64,000 bases of DNA from an uncultured Alphaproteobacteria bacterium (GTDB lineage Bacteria; Pseudomonadota; Alphaproteobacteria; Micavibrionales; UBA1664), in contig CALSUG010000005.1 in assembly GCA_943789475.1 (NCBI GenBank), forward strand, positions 90,694 to 154,693, written 5' to 3'. Of the stretch, positions 20,076-28,743 are shown piece after piece. The stretch's first letter is position 1; each line of letters opens with the position of its first letter. Below the pieces are notes generated by a model. That model saw nothing but the letters and a program-made list of their open reading frames with translations. It had not been told where the DNA came from and searched no databases. A program made the position numbers and the translations under genes.

Positions 20076-21014
20076 ATGGTGAATGTCGTATACGGGCATT
20101 TTGATTCCGCGGGTTCATTGCACAAGCAAATAGCATCATTTGCGCGTGATGAAAAAGGATTTCACGATAATGATCGCCTTGTTCGTCTATATGCAGGTGT
20201 TATCGCGGAATGCCTGCTTGATTACGATGATTGGAAAGATGGTCTGGATATGTATTTCGGGTTCTCTCGAACATTGTCCCAAGGGTTGGATACGACAAAA
20301 TGGAAGCGTGATGATTACGCTATTCAATCATTTATATTAGATAAAGATACAGAGCTTGGCCGATCTGTTATTCGCTCGTATTTGGATGACACACCAGAAA
20401 CATCATTTTTGATGTTGCGCAATATTAGATCGTCACTTCGTTCACTTTTGGCTAAGGATGATGAGTTTTGGGAACATCTTTATGATATGACACTTGTCGC
20501 GCTGGTTGGGGAACAGTTTATTCATTTGTTATGTGATCAAGCCATTGATGTTTGTATCGGTGGTGAAGGGTGGAGTCTTGGTGATTGTGTGCAAGCGTTG
20601 GCATCGCTATCTGGTCAGTATCATGCAAAAGTTATCGAAGTTCATAATTTAGGTGTGTCTAAACAAGCTGTCATCGAGCATGACTTTGATTATATGATTC
20701 ACACAATGATTAACGAAGCTATGCGTCTTGGTATGCCCGATAATGCAGGATTATATACGATGTTGGCGGCTAATGATATGCAACCATATGTTCCATTTCA
20801 TAAGGCAAATGAAATAGATGTTTTGGCTCAACCATTATTTAAAATATTTTCGATTGCCGATAGTGATTTGCGATCAATGATGATTGCCAAGGCCACAGGG
20901 CGAATGATGGCGGTTGCCACCGCAGGTGATAACCCAGACATGGATTCATGTGTTGTTACACCTCTTGCGCTATCATCAATGCAAGGTAGCTATATTTCAT
21001 CACTGAATAGTTAA
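20076..21014 (+). CDS. hypothetical protein
   Basis: 312-aa ORF with core-like composition and no motif recognised. Confidence 0.45.
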   Translation: MVNVVYGHFDSAGSLHKQIASFARDEKGFHDNDRLVRLYAGVIAECLLDYDDWKDGLDMYFGFSRTLSQGLDTTKWKRDDYAIQSFILDKDTELGRSVIRSYLDDTPETSFLMLRNIRSSLRSLLAKDDEFWEHLYDMTLVALVGEQFIHLLCDQAIDVCIGGEGWSLGDCVQALASLSGQYHAKVIEVHNLGVSKQAVIEHDFDYMIHTMINEAMRLGMPDNAGLYTMLAANDMQPYVPFHKANEIDVLAQPLFKIFSIADSDLRSMMIAKATGRMMAVATAGDNPDMDSCVVTPLALSSMQGSYISSLNS

Positions 21015-21055
21015 TAAAAGAGTTTCATTGTTACGGCAGTGTGGTAACAATATTC

Positions 21056-21850
21056 ATGGCTAAAGTATTTGCAGTTTTGAAATTGTTTGGGTTTGTTTTT
21101 GGAACCCTTGTTCTCGTTCTTATTCACACTATTTGGTATTTATTGACGCGTCGTTTGGATGTGACAATGTTGTTTCATAAATGGTGTTGTGTTGTTTTTA
21201 ATATAAAAATTAAGGTTGCTGGTGAAACGGCACATCGTAAAAATCATCCTGTAATCTATCTTTGTAATCACATTTCTTATTTAGATGTTTTGGTTTTGGG
21301 ATCAATGTTGGATGGATGTTTTGTTGCGAAAAGTGAGGTTGCTAGTTGGCCTGGATTTGGATTTTTGGCGAAATTACAAAAAACAATTTTTATTGTTCGT
21401 GAGCGAAGGGCGTTAAAGCAATCACGCAAATCAATCGCCGATGCGATGCAAAAAGATCATGATATTATTTTGTTTCCTGAGGGGACATCAACTGATGGTT
21501 GGGATGTGATGCAGTTTAAAGCAGGATTGCTTGGAATATTTTTTCCAGATGAAAAAGGGGCCGGTGGCGAATTTGATGTTATCGATAATGCTCTTATTCA
21601 ACCAGTTGCAATTAAACATGCAAAAACAAATGGAATTGAAGTTACGAAAGACCACCAAGATTTGCGTGATTTATATGCATGGTATGCGGATATGGAACTT
21701 GTCCCACACTTATGGGGATTGGCACAAACGACATCGACGGTAGTTGAGGTGCATATGTTAGACACATTATCGCCTAATGATTTTGTTCATCGATTTGATA
21801 TTGCAAATGCCGCGCAAGAACGCGTTGCCAAAGTGATCAAAGGGGCGTAA
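21056..21850 (+). CDS. plsC: lysophospholipid (1-acyl-sn-glycerol-3-phosphate-type) acyltransferase
   Basis: HX4D motif CNHISYLD, FPEGTSTDG block and an N-terminal TM helix. The ATG at 21056 is preferred over the GTG at 21041. Confidence 0.75.
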   Translation: MAKVFAVLKLFGFVFGTLVLVLIHTIWYLLTRRLDVTMLFHKWCCVVFNIKIKVAGETAHRKNHPVIYLCNHISYLDVLVLGSMLDGCFVAKSEVASWPGFGFLAKLQKTIFIVRERRALKQSRKSIADAMQKDHDIILFPEGTSTDGWDVMQFKAGLLGIFFPDEKGAGGEFDVIDNALIQPVAIKHAKTNGIEVTKDHQDLRDLYAWYADMELVPHLWGLAQTTSTVVEVHMLDTLSPNDFVHRFDIANAAQERVAKVIKGA

Positions 21851-21861
21851 AACGTCCCAAC

Positions 21862-23235
21862 ATGTCACAAACAACAAGTAAAATACAAAAACGTGATTTA
21901 ACGAAGGGGCCAATATTTGGTCATGTCATTCGAATTGCATTGCCTATGGTGATTGGTATTGGATCAATCATCAGTTTTTCATTGGCAGATAGTTATTTTA
22001 TAGGTCAGTTGGGTGCAACAGAATTGGCCGCAATTGGGTATACGTACCCTGTCACCACGATTTTTTTCAATTTGATATTTGGGATGGCTATTGCAATGAG
22101 CGCGGTTGTGTCGCGCAAAATCGGTGCAGGACTTGCTGATGATGTGCGCAAGGTTGTGACTATTGGATTGCTTATGGTCACTATTTTTTCATGTTTTTTG
22201 GCATTTGTAGGTTATGTATTTCTGGATCCTATATTTGATTTGATTGGTGCAGGTGATGATGTGATGCCCTATATTCATGATTATATGCCGATATGGTTTA
22301 TCTCTGGAATATTTATATCTATTCCTATTGTTGCTAACTCGGCTATTCGGGGAATGGGGGATGCCTTTTGGCCTGCTGTGGTGATGGTGACCGTGGCCGT
22401 TGTGAACGTGATATTAGATCCTATATTGATTTTTGGTCTTTGGGGGGCACCTGCGATGGGTATGAAGGGGGCGGCAATTGCCTCTTTGATTGCGGATATG
22501 GTGGCGACATGCACGGCGCTATTTATAATTATATACCGTGAAAAATTATTAGCACCATTATGTATGGTGTGTTCGACTTCTTGGAAATTTGTAGCGAAAC
22601 TATTGCTAGTGATTGCAGTACCTGTATCGTTGTCGAGTGTTATTGCACCAATAGTCAGCTATGGTTACACAATGATTTTGGCAGACGTGGGGAATGAGGC
22701 TGTTGCTGGTTTTGGCGTTGCAATGCGTTTTGAAGCTTTTGCGCTTATCCCTATTATGGCTGTGGCGGGGGGGATGGCGCCACTAATTGGACAAAATTAT
22801 GGTGCAGGATTAAATTCACGGGTAAATGAAGCGTTATCAAAGGCTTTAAGATTTGGAATATTTTATGGAGTAGGAAGTGTTGTTATCCTTTTCTTTATTG
22901 CCGAACATGTGTCTCCTCTCTTTAGTGAAGATGATGCCATTCGTAGTTTTGTATCATCGTATTTAATTTATGTTCCTCTTTCATTTGTTGGGGTGAATAT
23001 TTTTGCAATAACAACGTCGTCAATGAATGCAATGGGACGGGCAAAAACGGCATTGGGATTAAATATAATTAAATCATTTTTTGTGGCACTTCCTTTAGCC
23101 TATGGATTGACATTATTTTATGGCGAAAATGGTTTTATTGGATCTATTATTGCTACGAATATTATTGCGGCAATGTTAGCCTTTTATTACCTGAAATCGC
23201 TTTATTGCAAGGATGCTTCGAACGCATTACAGTAA
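21862..23235 (+). CDS. MATE-family efflux transporter
   Basis: 457 aa, about 12 TM segments, with the duplicated 6-TM pattern and length typical of MATE (NorM-like) proteins. Confidence 0.8.
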   Translation: MSQTTSKIQKRDLTKGPIFGHVIRIALPMVIGIGSIISFSLADSYFIGQLGATELAAIGYTYPVTTIFFNLIFGMAIAMSAVVSRKIGAGLADDVRKVVTIGLLMVTIFSCFLAFVGYVFLDPIFDLIGAGDDVMPYIHDYMPIWFISGIFISIPIVANSAIRGMGDAFWPAVVMVTVAVVNVILDPILIFGLWGAPAMGMKGAAIASLIADMVATCTALFIIIYREKLLAPLCMVCSTSWKFVAKLLLVIAVPVSLSSVIAPIVSYGYTMILADVGNEAVAGFGVAMRFEAFALIPIMAVAGGMAPLIGQNYGAGLNSRVNEALSKALRFGIFYGVGSVVILFFIAEHVSPLFSEDDAIRSFVSSYLIYVPLSFVGVNIFAITTSSMNAMGRAKTALGLNIIKSFFVALPLAYGLTLFYGENGFIGSIIATNIIAAMLAFYYLKSLYCKDASNALQ

Positions 23236-23268
23236 TCCCATATTAATAAAAATAAGGGTGAGTACATT

Positions 23269-24891
23269 ATGAGTGACAATAAAAACGACATCGATCTGGA
23301 CAAAGAAATAGAAAGTTTAGAAGGGTTGTTGAATGATCATGATGAATCGTTGGACGATACATTTCCACTGGATGATGATTTCGATGATGAACTAAGCGCA
23401 ACACCACGCACTCAAAAATCTAAATCAGGGGCAGGAAAATATATTGCCTATTTTGCGTTTCTAGCAGTGATTGGCGGCGGCGGTTACACAGCATATAAAT
23501 ATTTACCGAATATGTTGCAAAATGACACGTTGATGGCTTTGCAAAGTAATGTGAATGGTAGATCTGCGACGGTTGAACCTCAGGCAATCGTTCCAGATAC
23601 ATCGTCACTTGCGCTAAATACAAATGAACCAATGCAGATTGTCGAACCATTGCAAGTGACAGATGATCTGCCAATTGCAATGGATGATAATGCGGATGAT
23701 ATCATCGTAATTGATGTAGATAATGATCGCGGTTTTGGAGAAGTTATCTCTGAAGTTGAAGAAGAGGTTGCGTTTGAAGAAAAACCAGCAGAAACAATTG
23801 CCGAGGCTTTAGAAATTGCTCAAACAGCAGAGGAAGAAAAAATTGTAATTGAGGATGATGTCGCAGATGCGGTAACTGAAATTGAAGATGATACGCAAAG
23901 TATTGTTGATAACAATTTTGGAACAAGTTTTGAACGTGTGTCTGCTATGCCGATTCTCAAAGGTGGAAACCAAGAAAAATCTATGTCCTTACCACTAGGA
24001 GACGCAGTTGAAGAAAAACAACCTTCCCCTCCATCCGTGCAGACATGGACGACAATTGATGAAAATGGAAATGAGACACATGATTTTGCCGATGATAGTG
24101 TCTATGATGGTATTAGTGAGGCAGGAGAAGACGTATCCGAAGTAGAAACAATGGAAGTCACACCTGATCTTGAAAATGTGAACCAAGAGATCTCTGGAAA
24201 AATTGAAAGTGTAATTGTCAATGATACGGTGATAGAGTCTTCGGTAATTGAAGCACCACAAGTCAATGAAACAGAGATTGATGTGATTGAGGAGCTGGTT
24301 GAGGAAGTTAAAATTCCTACAGCACCTGTTGTTGAAGAGATGGTTAAAGTTGAAGAAAAAATAGTAAAGCCTGTTTCTGTTAAAAAATCAAAATCAAAAT
24401 CAAAAGAAATTGTTGTAAATAATAAACCGTTATCAAAGGTAGATGATCGTGTAACGCAAGCTCGTCGGGCAATGGAAAACAATGATTTGCAAGCAGCATT
24501 AAACCTATATCAAGCGGTTTTAGCGGATAATCCATCATCAACGGCGGCGCTGACAGGAATGCAATTGGCAAAGGCAAAATTGCGTTTATCAGGGCAAGCG
24601 AAACCTTCACAGCCAGTTGTGAATGGAAGTCCAAATGTTGAGGTATTTCCTGTATCTGCACCAATGATAGAAAATAAATCGATTGTTAACAATGAAACAT
24701 CTGTTATGGCGCAAATGGCGGCAAATCCACGTGATGCATTGTTGGCGGTGAAGGTTGCGGAAGAATATGCCACACAAGGAAATAAAGCTAAGGCTGTGGA
24801 ATATTATCGCAAGGCATTACAGTTGGATGTGATTTATAAATCAGGGTTGGATCGTATGGCGGTCTATGATGCGCTTTCAACCTTGCAATAA
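23269..24891 (+). CDS. acidic membrane-anchored protein with C-terminal TPR-like repeats
   Basis: One TM helix (YIAYFAFLAVIGGGGYTAY), a long D/E/V-rich low-complexity region, and a C-terminus with TPR-like helices (ALNLYQAVLADNPSS...AVEYYRKALQLD). Confidence 0.5.
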   Translation: MSDNKNDIDLDKEIESLEGLLNDHDESLDDTFPLDDDFDDELSATPRTQKSKSGAGKYIAYFAFLAVIGGGGYTAYKYLPNMLQNDTLMALQSNVNGRSATVEPQAIVPDTSSLALNTNEPMQIVEPLQVTDDLPIAMDDNADDIIVIDVDNDRGFGEVISEVEEEVAFEEKPAETIAEALEIAQTAEEEKIVIEDDVADAVTEIEDDTQSIVDNNFGTSFERVSAMPILKGGNQEKSMSLPLGDAVEEKQPSPPSVQTWTTIDENGNETHDFADDSVYDGISEAGEDVSEVETMEVTPDLENVNQEISGKIESVIVNDTVIESSVIEAPQVNETEIDVIEELVEEVKIPTAPVVEEMVKVEEKIVKPVSVKKSKSKSKEIVVNNKPLSKVDDRVTQARRAMENNDLQAALNLYQAVLADNPSSTAALTGMQLAKAKLRLSGQAKPSQPVVNGSPNVEVFPVSAPMIENKSIVNNETSVMAQMAANPRDALLAVKVAEEYATQGNKAKAVEYYRKALQLDVIYKSGLDRMAVYDALSTLQ

Positions 24892-24902
24892 GGGCAGGGT
24901 GA

Positions 24903-25220
24903 ATGTCTGATATTACATTATATTTTGAAATATTCCCGTGGTTGCGTTATGTGATCGCGGGTTTTTTTGGCCTAATATTTGGCAGCTTTTTGACGTTTTT
25001 ATTCTATCGTATTAAAAATGGGCAGCCGTGGTTGTGGGGACGGGAAGCCACACGTTCAAAGTGTCCATCGTGTGATCATGTGTTGAGTGTAGGTGATCTT
25101 ATGCCTGTTTTGTCGTGGGTGTTTTCTAAGGGGAGGTGTCGTTACTGTGGGGATGCTATATCAATACGTTATCCATTGATTGAGGTTGGATCATGTATGT
25201 TTTTTGTATTGATATTTTGA
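24903..25220 (+). pseudogene. prepilin peptidase (PilD/GspO-type) N-terminal domain only, lacking the A24 peptidase domain
   Basis: GLIFGSFLTFLFYRI...CPSCDHVLSVGDLMPVLSWVFSKGRCRYCGDAISIRYPLIEV matches the Cys-rich N-terminal (DiS-P-DiS) domain of type IV prepilin peptidases. The ORF stops after 105 aa and is followed directly by a terminator and a convergent gene. Confidence 0.65.
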
Positions 25221-25226
25221 TAATAA

Positions 25227-25249
25227 AAAAGGCGCTTAATGCGCCTTTT
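25227..25249. terminator. bidirectional rho-independent terminator
   Basis: AAAA-GGCGC-TTAAT-GCGCC-TTTT between convergent genes. Confidence 0.7.
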
Positions 25250-25256
25250 AAAATAA

Positions 25257-25991
25257 TTATTTACCAACCATTTTGGCCAAAATATCAGGTATCGGCATAA
25301 CAATCGTATTTGTTTTCTCGTTTGATATTTCTTGTAATGTTGATAGATAACGCAGTTGCATTGTTTCAGGGCGTTTTGCCATGATTTCGGCTGCTGCGTC
25401 CAATTGTTTGGCTGCTTGAAATTCACCTTCGGCACTAATGACCTTTGCACGACGTTCACGCTCTGCCTCGGCTTGTTTACCAATGGCACGGATCATCGAT
25501 GGGTCAATATCAAGGTTTTTAATCTCAACATTCACAACCTTGATTCCCCACCCTTCGGTGGCCTTATCAAGTATCATTTGAATGTCACCATTTAATTTGT
25601 CGCGTTGCGCCAACATATCATCTAATTCGTGTTTACCAAGAACAGAACGTAATGTTGTTTGTGCAAGTTCGCTTGTTGCTTGGAAATAATTTTCTACCTT
25701 GTTGATGGCATTCGCTGGCTCAACTACGCGATAATAAACAACGGCAGATACACGGACAGAGATATTGTCCTTTGAAATAACATCTTGTGCGGGAACATCC
25801 TCTGTCAAAACACGAAGGTCGACAGTTGTCATTTGTTGAACAATTGGGATAAGGATGATTAATCCTGGCCCTGTTGTATGTGTATAACGACCAAGTGTAT
25901 AAACAACACCACGTTGATATTCTTTCATAATGCGAACAGATGTCGCAAAGAAAAAGATAAGAGGGATTGCGAGTACGAATAAAAATTCCAT
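25257..25991 (-). CDS. SPFH/band-7 (stomatin/slipin-like) protein
   Basis: N-terminal TM helix, then IMKEYQRGVVYTLGRY...DLRV...VPAQDVISKDN...AEAERERRAKVISAEGE, the typical stomatin-family core. Confidence 0.85.
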   Translation of the reverse strand: MEFLFVLAIPLIFFFATSVRIMKEYQRGVVYTLGRYTHTTGPGLIILIPIVQQMTTVDLRVLTEDVPAQDVISKDNISVRVSAVVYYRVVEPANAINKVENYFQATSELAQTTLRSVLGKHELDDMLAQRDKLNGDIQMILDKATEGWGIKVVNVEIKNLDIDPSMIRAIGKQAEAERERRAKVISAEGEFQAAKQLDAAAEIMAKRPETMQLRYLSTLQEISNEKTNTIVMPIPDILAKMVGK

Positions 25992-25994
25992 GGT

Positions 25995-26429
25995 TTAGTC
26001 TTTCTTTTTAACGGTTAATGTCATTTTATTAATGTTTGTAATTGTGACGATATCGCCCTTGTTGAGTGAGGATTCAGATGTGGCTTGCCAATCTTCACCA
26101 TCGTAAAACACTTTTCCTTTGGTTTTTGTCCATGATGTTACTTCGGCTTTTTGGTTGATCATGGCATCCATACCTGTCTTTGGGGCACGTTTATATGTTT
26201 TAAGGATATAAAACCCGAATGTTGCAAATGTTACAAAAATTAATAAGCCAATGGCGATAACGATCTCTATACTTAGGCCGTAAAATTCGCCGGCCCCATC
26301 AAGAAGAAGGATTACAATGCCAGCACAAAAGGCAGTAAATCCACCAAAGGTAAGAAGACCTGCGGATGGAACAAATAGTTCCATTAATAAAAGGGTTACT
26401 GCGGTGATAAAGAGGGCTTCGACTGACAT
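25995..26429 (-). CDS. NfeD-family membrane protein
   Basis: Three N-terminal TM helices plus a C-terminal OB-like soluble domain (GKVFYDGEDWQATSESSLNKGDIVTI). Classic NfeD-SPFH gene pair. Confidence 0.75.
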   Translation of the reverse strand: MSVEALFITAVTLLLMELFVPSAGLLTFGGFTAFCAGIVILLLDGAGEFYGLSIEIVIAIGLLIFVTFATFGFYILKTYKRAPKTGMDAMINQKAEVTSWTKTKGKVFYDGEDWQATSESSLNKGDIVTITNINKMTLTVKKKD

Positions 26430-27040
26430 AATTTAAACTCCTTAAAAATTTGTAAGATATCTGAGTCAAATTGCCCAGCCTTTTCTGTTTCCATCCTGTG
26501 TATAACTGCGGAGGGAGAAATATCTCTATCGTCAAAATGAGGTCGAGAAACGGACCATCCATCAAATGCATCACAGATACAAACCATGCGTACTTCTTGA
26601 GATAAGGTGTTAGCATCGATTCCAAGAGGACCTTTTTTGTCTAATGTCTCGTGATGATGTAATGTGATGTCATTGCATAGTCTAAGGAATGGATCTGTTC
26701 CACAATCACTTCCAAATTCGTTGTGTAAGATGTTAACGCCTAGTTGTGTGTGTGTGCGTCGTTCAGCGCGTTGTTCGTTTGTTGGTTTGTTTTCCAAATC
26801 CCAAATGGCAATAGGCAGAGAAGTTTTACCAATATCATGGGGAAGGGTTGCCCAATAAAGTGCTTCACACATGCTGTCATCATAGTTCATCGCTTGCGCA
26901 AGATCTTTCACTGATTGTGCAACACGTTTGGAGTGTGTGTGAAATTTATAGGGGTGCCCATCGGGACGATGAGAGTCATAGCGACCTAATTTTTCAATTA
27001 GGTATGAAATAATATTTTTATGTGTGTCTAATACAACCAT
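26396..27040 (-). CDS. HD-GYP-like metal-dependent phosphohydrolase (degenerate GYP)
   Basis: LPHDIGKTSLP (HD motif) and HHHETLDKKGPLG (HHExxDGxGYP-like, with GPLG replacing GYP). Overlaps the nfeD start by 34 nt. Confidence 0.65.
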   Translation of the reverse strand: MVVLDTHKNIISYLIEKLGRYDSHRPDGHPYKFHTHSKRVAQSVKDLAQAMNYDDSMCEALYWATLPHDIGKTSLPIAIWDLENKPTNEQRAERRTHTQLGVNILHNEFGSDCGTDPFLRLCNDITLHHHETLDKKGPLGIDANTLSQEVRMVCICDAFDGWSVSRPHFDDRDISPSAVIHRMETEKAGQFDSDILQIFKEFKLCQSKPSLSPQ

Positions 27041-27196
27041 TAGTTCGAATTTGAAACATTATTCACTTTTTAGCAAGGAAACTTTCGTATTCTGATGATG
27101 TTGAAACATGGAGACGAAATAAAAATGACACAAGGATTTGCGGGCGGCGGTGTTGTCGTTCCCGTAAAAAAGTAAAAACAAAAATTTAAAATGACC

Positions 27197-27223
27197 TAAA
27201 AAATCCCCTGAGAAGGGGATTTT
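27197..27223 (-). terminator. rho-independent terminator after rplS
   Basis: AAAAAATCCCCT-GAGA-AGGGGATTTTT about 25 nt beyond the rplS stop. Confidence 0.75.
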
Positions 27224-27248
27224 TATTGCTCTTAATTTAGAAATTAAA

Positions 27249-27644
27249 TCATTTCTTAGTGTCGTCTTTTTTCGGGATGCCGTGTCCTGTTTTACGTTCA
27301 GCGATACGCGCTGACTTACCGCGACGATCACGCATGTAGTATAGTTTAGCACGACGAACAGAACCGCGACGGATCAATTCAATTGATTCTAGACGAGGTG
27401 AATATAGTGGGAATACACGTTCAACACCTTCACCATATGAAATTTTACGCACTGTGAATGATGCATGGATGCCGTGTCCACCACGTGCAATACATACGCC
27501 TTCATATGCTTGAACACGTTCACGTGTTCCTTCCTTAACTTTCACGTTCACTTTTACAGTGTCACCTGGTGAAAATTCAGGGATATTTGTTTCTGCTGTT
27601 AAGGCTTCAAGTTGTTTTGCCTCAAACTTTTGTAATGTATTCAT
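27249..27644 (-). CDS. rplS: 50S ribosomal protein L19
   Basis: [33 protein letters not shown]...[18 protein letters not shown] is the canonical L19 sequence. Confidence 0.95.
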   Translation of the reverse strand: MNTLQKFEAKQLEALTAETNIPEFSPGDTVKVNVKVKEGTRERVQAYEGVCIARGGHGIHASFTVRKISYGEGVERVFPLYSPRLESIELIRRGSVRRAKLYYMRDRRGKSARIAERKTGHGIPKKDDTKK

Positions 27645-27783
27645 TTTATTAATCTTTCTTTGTCTCTAAAAACCCGAATTCCATGGCACAGGGGTGTATC
27701 ATAATGCCACAGGCGGTCTTGTTTATTCTTTTTCCGATTAACGGTTTGACATGTTATGCCCTAAAACTACTATGTAATGCAAG

Positions 27784-28479
27784 TTATTTTTTTAATAGGT
27801 CAGGGCGACGAGATTGAGTGAGTGCAAGGGATTGCCCGTGCCGCCATTCATTAATTTTGGCGTGATTTCCTGATTTTAAAATATCAGGCACATCGCGGGC
27901 ATTGTTTTGAGTGTCTGTCCATGTTGCGGGTTTTGTATAATGGGGGTATTCCAACAAATCATTGGAAAAACTTTCATCGCCTGCCGTGTCTTCGTTTCCC
28001 ATCACGCCATCAAGTAAACGGATGCACGCATCCATCACGATAATGGCCGCGGGTTCACCACCACTTAATACATAATCACCAATTGAGATTTCCTCAATAT
28101 CATATGCATCAAGGAATCGTTGATCCACGCCTTCATATCGTCCGCATAAAATGGTGAGGTTGTCTTCTGTCGTTAATTCTTCAACTAATTTTTGATTTAA
28201 TACACGTCCACGTGGGGACATATATATAAGTCGACCTCGTTTTTCAGGTTTTATAGAGAGTAGGGCGTTTTCCAAAACGTCTGGACGCAATACCATACCC
28301 GCACCGCCGCCATATGGTGTGTCATCGACGGTTTGATGTTTATCCGTTGCAAAATCACGAATGTTAATGGCATCGTATGACCATTTTCTTTGCTCCAGCG
28401 CGCGTCCGCTTAATGATTGTCCAAGTGATCCTGGGAACATGTCGGGGAATAGGGTGAGGAGGTTGCAATGAAGTGTCAT
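27784..28479 (-). CDS. trmD: tRNA (guanine37-N1)-methyltransferase
   Basis: TLFPDMFPG, DDTPYGGGAGMVLRPDV, GRYEGVDQR and SIGDYVLSGGE are TrmD signatures. Confidence 0.95.
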   Translation of the reverse strand: MTLHCNLLTLFPDMFPGSLGQSLSGRALEQRKWSYDAINIRDFATDKHQTVDDTPYGGGAGMVLRPDVLENALLSIKPEKRGRLIYMSPRGRVLNQKLVEELTTEDNLTILCGRYEGVDQRFLDAYDIEEISIGDYVLSGGEPAAIIVMDACIRLLDGVMGNEDTAGDESFSNDLLEYPHYTKPATWTDTQNNARDVPDILKSGNHAKINEWRHGQSLALTQSRRPDLLKK

Positions 28480-28607
28480 TGTTCATTTAATAACCTTAAG
28501 AATGTGTAACGCCAAGGGAAAAATAAAAAAGCATATTTTTCACACTTGTACATTTTTTTGAAATGGATTAGTTTCGGCTTCGTTAAACAAGGTAATTGTT
28601 TTTATTA

Positions 28608-28682
28608 GGGTTGTTAGCTCAGGGGTAGAGCACTTGCTCGACACGCAAGGGGTCACTGGTTCAATCCCAGTACAACCCACCA
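28608..28682 (+). tRNA. tRNA-Val (anticodon GAC), integration site of the downstream element
   Basis: Hand-folded. Acceptor GGGTTGT/ACAACCC, D arm GCTC-AGGGGTA-GAGC, anticodon stem CTTGC/GCAAG with loop TC-GAC-AC, T arm ACTGG-TTCAATC-CCAGT, encoded CCA. Position 33 reads C rather than the near-universal U. Confidence 0.8.
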
Positions 28683-28713
28683 TTTAAATCAAGGCTTTCA
28701 GGGGAATAAGAGT

Positions 28714-28732
28714 AAGGGGTCGTTGGTTCAAT
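28714..28732 (+). repeat. degenerate partial copy of the tRNA-Val variable/T-arm region
   Basis: AAGGGGTCgtTGGTTCAAT versus tRNA 28647-28665 AAGGGGTCacTGGTTCAAT (17/19 identical). Confidence 0.6.
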
Positions 28733-28743
28733 TTGAACCATGT

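Noticed and set aside
24385-24405. AAATCA x3 microsatellite (KSKSKS); checked as a possible CRISPR or tandem repeat
   Set aside because: It has only three in-frame units inside a low-complexity coding region. No repeat-spacer architecture exists anywhere in the window.
23420-24773. Several 60-126-aa antisense ORFs inside the acidic TPR protein gene
   Set aside because: They are shadows of a biased-composition gene rich in GAA, GAT and GTT codons.
27059-27352. 97-aa minus-strand ORF
   Set aside because: It overlaps the rplS 3' end and its terminator in another frame. It has no RBS and its composition is typical of spacer DNA.
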